A stretch of DNA of 32,000 nt from NCBI RefSeq assembly GCF_000734015.1, contig NZ_CP008796.1, positions 870,001 through 902,000 of the forward strand, given 5' to 3'. Below are positions 27,441 through 32,000 of this stretch, in pieces. Both the position numbers and the translations under genes were made by a program. This DNA is from Thermodesulfobacterium commune DSM 2178. Its GTDB lineage: Bacteria > Desulfobacterota > Thermodesulfobacteria > Thermodesulfobacteriales > Thermodesulfobacteriaceae. Under the pieces are notes generated by a model. It had not been told where the DNA came from. It made no database searches and saw only the letters and a program-made list of their open reading frames with translations. Numbering within the stretch: the stretch's first letter is position 1; each line of letters starts with the position of its first letter.

Positions 27441-28578
27441 GTTTAGACCTCCAAAACTGAGTAGCCTTAGGGTATAGTTTTACAAATTCCACTTTTAAAT
27501 AGCCTTTTTCTTTTACTACCTGTTTAACCTCGATGTTTATCTTTGCTGCCCTAAAATGAGCAAGCATAGCCAGATAACTGCTCTCCTTTTTAAACCTTAC
27601 CCTAAAGGTTTCGCTTACCACCTGATTTTTTTCAAAAAAACTTAAAACTTCTTCAAAAAGATTTACAGGTAGTTTATTATAAACCTCTTCTTTAAATTCT
27701 TCAAATTCATAAAGGTTCAGAGCAAGCCTTATCAATCTTAGGTAAATAAAATGAGGATCTACCTCTCCCAAGTAAGGAAAGACTACCCTTAAGTCCTCAA
27801 GATTAGAAAATGGAGTCACGTATTTAATCCTGTATTTCCCATCTTCGGACTTAAAAACTACCCCTTCTCTTTTTTCTTGGTGGTAACGCCTTAAAAGTTC
27901 TCTTATGTTTTCATAATCCTTTACCGGGTCAAAAGGCCCATAGATTTCAGGGGCGTTAAAACTATAGGTTTCAAGGAGATTCAACTTTTCTGACTGAGAC
28001 AAAAATCCTCCTCCACCTGTTTTCATAAAATCAAAAACAAAGTAGTTTACATCCTCTTTGATATAAGCAGGATATTCACTAACAAAAGGATTCTCTGGTC
28101 CGGCTACTTCAGCACAAACCACCAAATTTGGATGTTTCTCAAAAAACTCAGGAAGATTAGGTAAAAAATCCTCCCATCGATCGGTAGCAAAAGGACAGAT
28201 GAATCCTCTTCGGGTAAAACCTAAAATTTCATCTCCTACTTTAAAAAGTCTTACGTTATACCCTTCTACCTTTTCTTCAGCATAAAAAGGAGAAGTCATA
28301 TATCTTACCAATCCCGTTTTTAATACATAAACCCTGGGAATCTGAGGGTAACCTCTTACCAAAACCTGGTCGTTAAAAAAAGTTCCCATAGGGAAACTTT
28401 TAAAATCCTTGTTTAGCCTAAAAAAGCCTTTATCTTTCCAGGTAAAAAACAAAATTTTTCCTGTTTGTAAACCTTTTTCCCATTCCTCTAAGGGATACCT
28501 TTTTAAATCTGGATTTTTCTTCCAGCAGTGTTGAAAATACTCCCTTACTTCTTTTTCATTCTCGGTAAAGGTTAACAT
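27415..28578 (-). CDS. ATP-dependent RNA ligase, Rnl3 (Pab1020/MthRnl-like) family
   Basis: 387 aa. Nucleotidyltransferase motifs I EEK(103)VEGYNVR, III YFVFDF, IV REGVVFK, V YRIKYV. The N- and C-terminal extra domains are sized like the archaeal homodimeric ligases. Confidence 0.75.
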   Translation of the reverse strand: MLTFTENEKEVREYFQHCWKKNPDLKRYPLEEWEKGLQTGKILFFTWKDKGFFRLNKDFKSFPMGTFFNDQVLVRGYPQIPRVYVLKTGLVRYMTSPFYAEEKVEGYNVRLFKVGDEILGFTRRGFICPFATDRWEDFLPNLPEFFEKHPNLVVCAEVAGPENPFVSEYPAYIKEDVNYFVFDFMKTGGGGFLSQSEKLNLLETYSFNAPEIYGPFDPVKDYENIRELLRRYHQEKREGVVFKSEDGKYRIKYVTPFSNLEDLRVVFPYLGEVDPHFIYLRLIRLALNLYEFEEFKEEVYNKLPVNLFEEVLSFFEKNQVVSETFRVRFKKESSYLAMLAHFRAAKINIEVKQVVKEKGYLKVEFVKLYPKATQFWRSKLEGWGEVD

Positions 28579-29611
28579 ATCCCTTCTCCCCTTCTTTGCC
28601 TTCGATGGTAATTTTTAACTCAGGTAAAAACTTAGGGATCAACCAAGCTTGAGTAAGAAGATGTTTGGTCACCTTAGCCACAGAAAACCTAAAAATTTTA
28701 GCAGACCGCAGTTTTAAAAGGGCTAAACTTATAGGTATCAAGATCTGGTCTGCCAGATGTTCTTCAAACTGGGTTTTAGTGCTTAAAAAATTTTTCCATT
28801 CTCTTGCTACCTTTTTTCCTACCTCCTCTGCTGGATAACCACGTTTTCCTAGCTCGGTAAATCCAGCATATAAAACCTTTTCCTTATTCAAAGCCTTTAA
28901 GAAAACAAAAGTTCCGTCAGATCGAGACTTCACTCTTTCTTTATAGACTGTAAGGTTCTCACAGTTTGGCAACTCTGACAATACACCTTTTAGTTGCCTT
29001 TCTACGATATGTACAGGAAGTCTTTCGGAAGATACGCTATAGATGATAATGTTCTCAGGAATAAAATACTCTGGCAGAGCTGGCAAGAAAAATTCCTCCC
29101 AAGGTTTAATGAAAGCTCTTATCTTCCCCCCACCTGCAGAATAAAACCCATAGGCTTCAAGATAAAGGTCTACCTCCAGACCAAAAAGTTTGGCCATTGG
29201 TAAAAAAACTTCTTTTACATAGTGATAACAGGGACTAAAGGGAACATGGGTACCTCCTTTGATTACCACTTCTCCACCTTTGTTCAAACTTAGAGGATAC
29301 ACAACTGTCTGGAAAAGAAGCAAGGTTGAGCCTGCAGTTCCTATATCAAAGGAATAGTTGCACCTTTCTGGAAGTTTTTTGGGAATAAAAACTATCTCTT
29401 GAGAACCTAACTCATCCCCTTTTACCTCTGCCTCTGAAAGATAAGCTACTGCTTTCACACAAGCTAAATGCTGAGGCTGAAGACCTGGTTTAGGTCTGTT
29501 AGCTCTGATATTAACAATTCTAAAAGGTTTGCCGGTGACTACTGAAAGCGATAAAGAAGTACGTAAAACCTGACCCCCACCTTCACCATAAGCACCATCT
29601 ATCACAAGCAT
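28556..29611 (-). CDS. rtcA: RNA 3'-terminal phosphate cyclase
   Basis: 351 aa. IDGAYGEGGGQVLRTSLSLS..GKPF.I.NIRA.R..PGL..QH N-terminus and the His-bearing EEHLADQILIP motif. Confidence 0.9.
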   Translation of the reverse strand: MLVIDGAYGEGGGQVLRTSLSLSVVTGKPFRIVNIRANRPKPGLQPQHLACVKAVAYLSEAEVKGDELGSQEIVFIPKKLPERCNYSFDIGTAGSTLLLFQTVVYPLSLNKGGEVVIKGGTHVPFSPCYHYVKEVFLPMAKLFGLEVDLYLEAYGFYSAGGGKIRAFIKPWEEFFLPALPEYFIPENIIIYSVSSERLPVHIVERQLKGVLSELPNCENLTVYKERVKSRSDGTFVFLKALNKEKVLYAGFTELGKRGYPAEEVGKKVAREWKNFLSTKTQFEEHLADQILIPISLALLKLRSAKIFRFSVAKVTKHLLTQAWLIPKFLPELKITIEGKEGEKGYVNLYRE

Positions 29612-30333
29612 TTTTCCTCAAACTCTTTTTCCATCTTTTCGATTTCGCTTATCAAAAATTCTACTAACCACTCTACCATCTTTTTGCCTTTTTCAACAGA
29701 TGCCTTTCTTGGGTCACCCCATATTCCAGTACTCCAGTATTTCTCTTTCTCAAACACCACCCTAAACTTAGGAAATTTAGGATAATCTTCAAATCCCCCG
29801 TCTTTTACCAGATCTGGTTTTAGATAAAGCATAAGGGAGGTTTCCCATTCTCCTGCATGAGAATCCTCCTCAGAGATATCCATATTTTTTAAACAAGGCC
29901 TAAGTAGCTGAAAAATGTCGGCTACAAAAAAATTACAATAAGGAACTAACGATATAAAAGATTCAGCTGCGTCTACCAAATAGGCGTTGTGGGTACCTCC
30001 TGCATGTCCAGAAAGAACCATAAAATTTTTAAAACCACAAAGATAAAACTGATAAAAAAGGTTTATCATCAATTTTTTTAATACCTCTCCGGTAATACTT
30101 ATCGTCCCAGGAAGGGTGCTCGTACTTCTACAAAGACCATAATAAATCGGTGGGGCTATAAGAACCTTTTTTTTCTCGGCTACCTTTTTACAGACCTCAT
30201 AGATAGTATAAAGGTCTGTAGCTAAAGGTAAATGAGGACCATGAGCCTCAACAGAACCTACAGGGAAAATAACGGTCTTTACTTGTTTTTTAGCCTCTTC
30301 AAATTCTAAAGAAGTAATCTCCTCTACTAACAT
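29602..30333 (-). CDS. creatininase-family (creatinine amidohydrolase / ArfB / MftE fold) metal-dependent hydrolase
   Basis: 243 aa. Motifs PVGSVEAHGPHLPLATD, LSGHGG-like SGHAGG, and SHAGEWETS. SD AAGAGG upstream. Confidence 0.8.
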   Translation of the reverse strand: MLVEEITSLEFEEAKKQVKTVIFPVGSVEAHGPHLPLATDLYTIYEVCKKVAEKKKVLIAPPIYYGLCRSTSTLPGTISITGEVLKKLMINLFYQFYLCGFKNFMVLSGHAGGTHNAYLVDAAESFISLVPYCNFFVADIFQLLRPCLKNMDISEEDSHAGEWETSLMLYLKPDLVKDGGFEDYPKFPKFRVVFEKEKYWSTGIWGDPRKASVEKGKKMVEWLVEFLISEIEKMEKEFEEKCL

Positions 30334-30392
30334 AATTTAACCTCTTGGAACTATCGATATTTTGATTATTTGAATTATAATTAAAATTTGCT

Positions 30393-31733
30393 ATGAAGAA
30401 AAGGGTTTATATAAAAACTTTTGGTTGTCAAATGAATGAAAACGATTCAGAAAAGGTACTCATTCTTTTAAAAGAAGAGTATGTTCCTACCGATAACCCT
30501 GAAGAAGCAGACCTTATCATAGTAAATACCTGTTCTGTAAGGGAAAAACCTCAACACAAAGTCTATAGTGAGGTAGGGAGGTATAAACCCTTAAAAAAGA
30601 AAAAAAAACATCTCCTCATAGGTATTATAGGATGTGTTGCCCAACAAGAAGGAGAAAACCTGATTAAAAAACTTCCCTATGTAGATTTCGTGTTAGGAAC
30701 CCAAAGTTTTTATCAAATAAAGGAGGTTATAACTAAACTTCAAAAGGATCCTAAACCTATTGTGTTAACCGAATTAACTAACGAGTTTAAACCACCTTTA
30801 GTGCTTCCTGAGGAGACTTTATCTAAAAACACCGAAAAGGTTACTGCTTTTGTCACGATAATGCAAGGATGTGATAATTTTTGTTCTTATTGTATCGTTC
30901 CTTATGTCAGAGGAAGAGAAACAAGTAGACCTCCAGAAGAAATCATAGAAGAGATAAAGAGATTGGTAGAATTAGGGGTAAGGGAGGTTACCCTTTTAGG
31001 ACAAAACGTAAACTCCTATGGGCTAAAGGAAAAGGGTTATCCTGATTTTCCAGAACTCTTGAACCAAATCGCAGCCATAGAAGACTTATGGAGAATAAGG
31101 TTTACTACCAGTCATCCTAAAGACCTTTCAGAGAAACTAATAAGAACTATGGCTGAAAATCCCAAAATATGTCATCATATCCATCTCCCTCTTCAGGCTG
31201 GTTCAAACAGAATATTAAAACGAATGAACCGTAAATATACTAAAGAAGAATATTTAGAAAAAGTAGCAAAACTTAGGGAGCTAATTCCTGACATAGCTAT
31301 TACTACCGATATCATTGTAGGATTTCCAGGAGAAACTGAGGAGGATTTTGAAGAAACTTTAGAAATGCTAAAAACAGTAAGGTACCATGAAATTTTTTCT
31401 TTTAAGTACTCAGATCGTCCGTTTACCACAGCTAAAAATTTCGAGGACAAAATTCCTGAAGAAGAAAAAGAGATAAGACTAAAACTTGTTCAGGAACTAC
31501 AAAAAACTATTACCCAAGAAATCTACCAACAATATGTAGGGAAAGAAATGGAAGTGTTGGTTGAAGGTTTTAGCTCAAAATCTAAAACTCAACTTATGGG
31601 ACGTACCAGCACAAACGTAATAGTGAATTTTTACTCTCCAAGGCTTGACCTAAAAGGTAGATTAGTTAAGGTTCGAATAGAAGAAGCAGGAAAACACTCT
31701 TTAAAGGGTAGGTATCTTGAAATTCTAAAATAA
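30393..31733 (+). CDS. miaB: tRNA-i6A37 methylthiotransferase (radical SAM MTTase)
   Basis: 446 aa. N-terminal FGCQMNENDSE...VNTCSVREK, radical-SAM CDNFCSYC, C-terminal TRAM domain. Confidence 0.92.
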   Translation: MKKRVYIKTFGCQMNENDSEKVLILLKEEYVPTDNPEEADLIIVNTCSVREKPQHKVYSEVGRYKPLKKKKKHLLIGIIGCVAQQEGENLIKKLPYVDFVLGTQSFYQIKEVITKLQKDPKPIVLTELTNEFKPPLVLPEETLSKNTEKVTAFVTIMQGCDNFCSYCIVPYVRGRETSRPPEEIIEEIKRLVELGVREVTLLGQNVNSYGLKEKGYPDFPELLNQIAAIEDLWRIRFTTSHPKDLSEKLIRTMAENPKICHHIHLPLQAGSNRILKRMNRKYTKEEYLEKVAKLRELIPDIAITTDIIVGFPGETEEDFEETLEMLKTVRYHEIFSFKYSDRPFTTAKNFEDKIPEEEKEIRLKLVQELQKTITQEIYQQYVGKEMEVLVEGFSSKSKTQLMGRTSTNVIVNFYSPRLDLKGRLVKVRIEEAGKHSLKGRYLEILK

Positions 31734-31736
31734 ACT

Positions 31737-31772
31737 AAATTGCAATTTATACAAAAATTGCAATTTTTACAA
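31737..31772. repeat. tandem 18-bp direct repeat (x2), each unit containing the perfect palindrome AAATTGCAATTT
   Basis: AAATTGCAATTTATACAA (31737..31754) and AAATTGCAATTTTTACAA (31755..31772), 17/18 identical, starting 4 nt after the miaB stop. Confidence 0.8.
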
Positions 31773-31901
31773 AATCAAACTACAGTTTAATTTATCTACT
31801 TTTGGATAAAGTTTAGCAGGTCTATCATAAGAAAAATTTTTTAAAATGGTATGTTTTTTGCTGAGAGTTGTGTGAGCGTGTTTTTTGTGTGTTCTTTAAA
31901 G

Positions 31902-31925
31902 TTAAAACTTTAATATTAAAACTTT
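31902..31925. repeat. 10-bp direct repeat TTAAAACTTT x2 (14-bp period), just upstream of the next gene's SD
   Basis: 31902..31911 and 31916..31925. AAGGAGG follows at about 31930. Confidence 0.6.
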
Positions 31926-31944
31926 GAGAAAGGAGGTATTATCA

Positions 31945-32000
31945 ATGAGAAGGATAGCGGCAAGTTTGATAATGCTTAGCTTTTTGGGTTTAATAGTTAC
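31945..32000 (+). CDS. start of a secreted or membrane protein; signal-peptide-like N-terminus, truncated by the window end
   Basis: ATG at 31945, 8 nt after AAGGAGG. Reads MRRIAASLIMLSFLGLIV... Only 18 codons are visible. Confidence 0.55.
   Translation, partial: MRRIAASLIMLSFLGLIV

Overview
AT-rich bacterial chromosomal window; the GC-rich tRNA and the gene content suggest a thermophile, possibly an anaerobic sulfate-reducer-like lineage, but that is inference only. It is densely packed with about 35 genes, mostly housekeeping. From the left: a partial ABC ATPase, tRNA-Leu(CAG), a PAS-GAF-PAS-GGDEF-EAL protein, a nitroreductase, a TlpA-like thiol-disulfide oxidoreductase, and tungstate transporter TupABC fused into an operon with lpxK and a flippase-like membrane protein. 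Then a HIT protein, a GT9-like glycosyltransferase/methyltransferase fusion with a SapC-family gene, and a long minus-strand string (phoH, yggT, DUF167, HAD, RNA m5C methyltransferase, nrdR, pyrF). Further right: a broken MCP signalling-domain gene, a REC-REC-GGDEF regulator, a Cx4C rubredoxin-like gene, groES-groEL, a dual-kinase fusion, lon, a Nudix gene, a four-gene overlapping cassette (creatininase-fold protein, RtcA, archaeal-type Rnl3 RNA ligase, SirC-like protein), and miaB. I found no CRISPR array, transposase, integrase or rRNA. The best candidates for something undescribed are (1) the RtcB-less creatininase/RtcA/Rnl3 cassette, (2) the GT9-Zn-ribbon-methyltransferase fusion coupled to SapC, and (3) the truncated MCP with an in-frame TAG next to a pseudo-receiver-REC-GGDEF regulator, behind a 540-bp ORF-free region. 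All functional calls rest on motif recognition by eye. No database search or folding computation was run.
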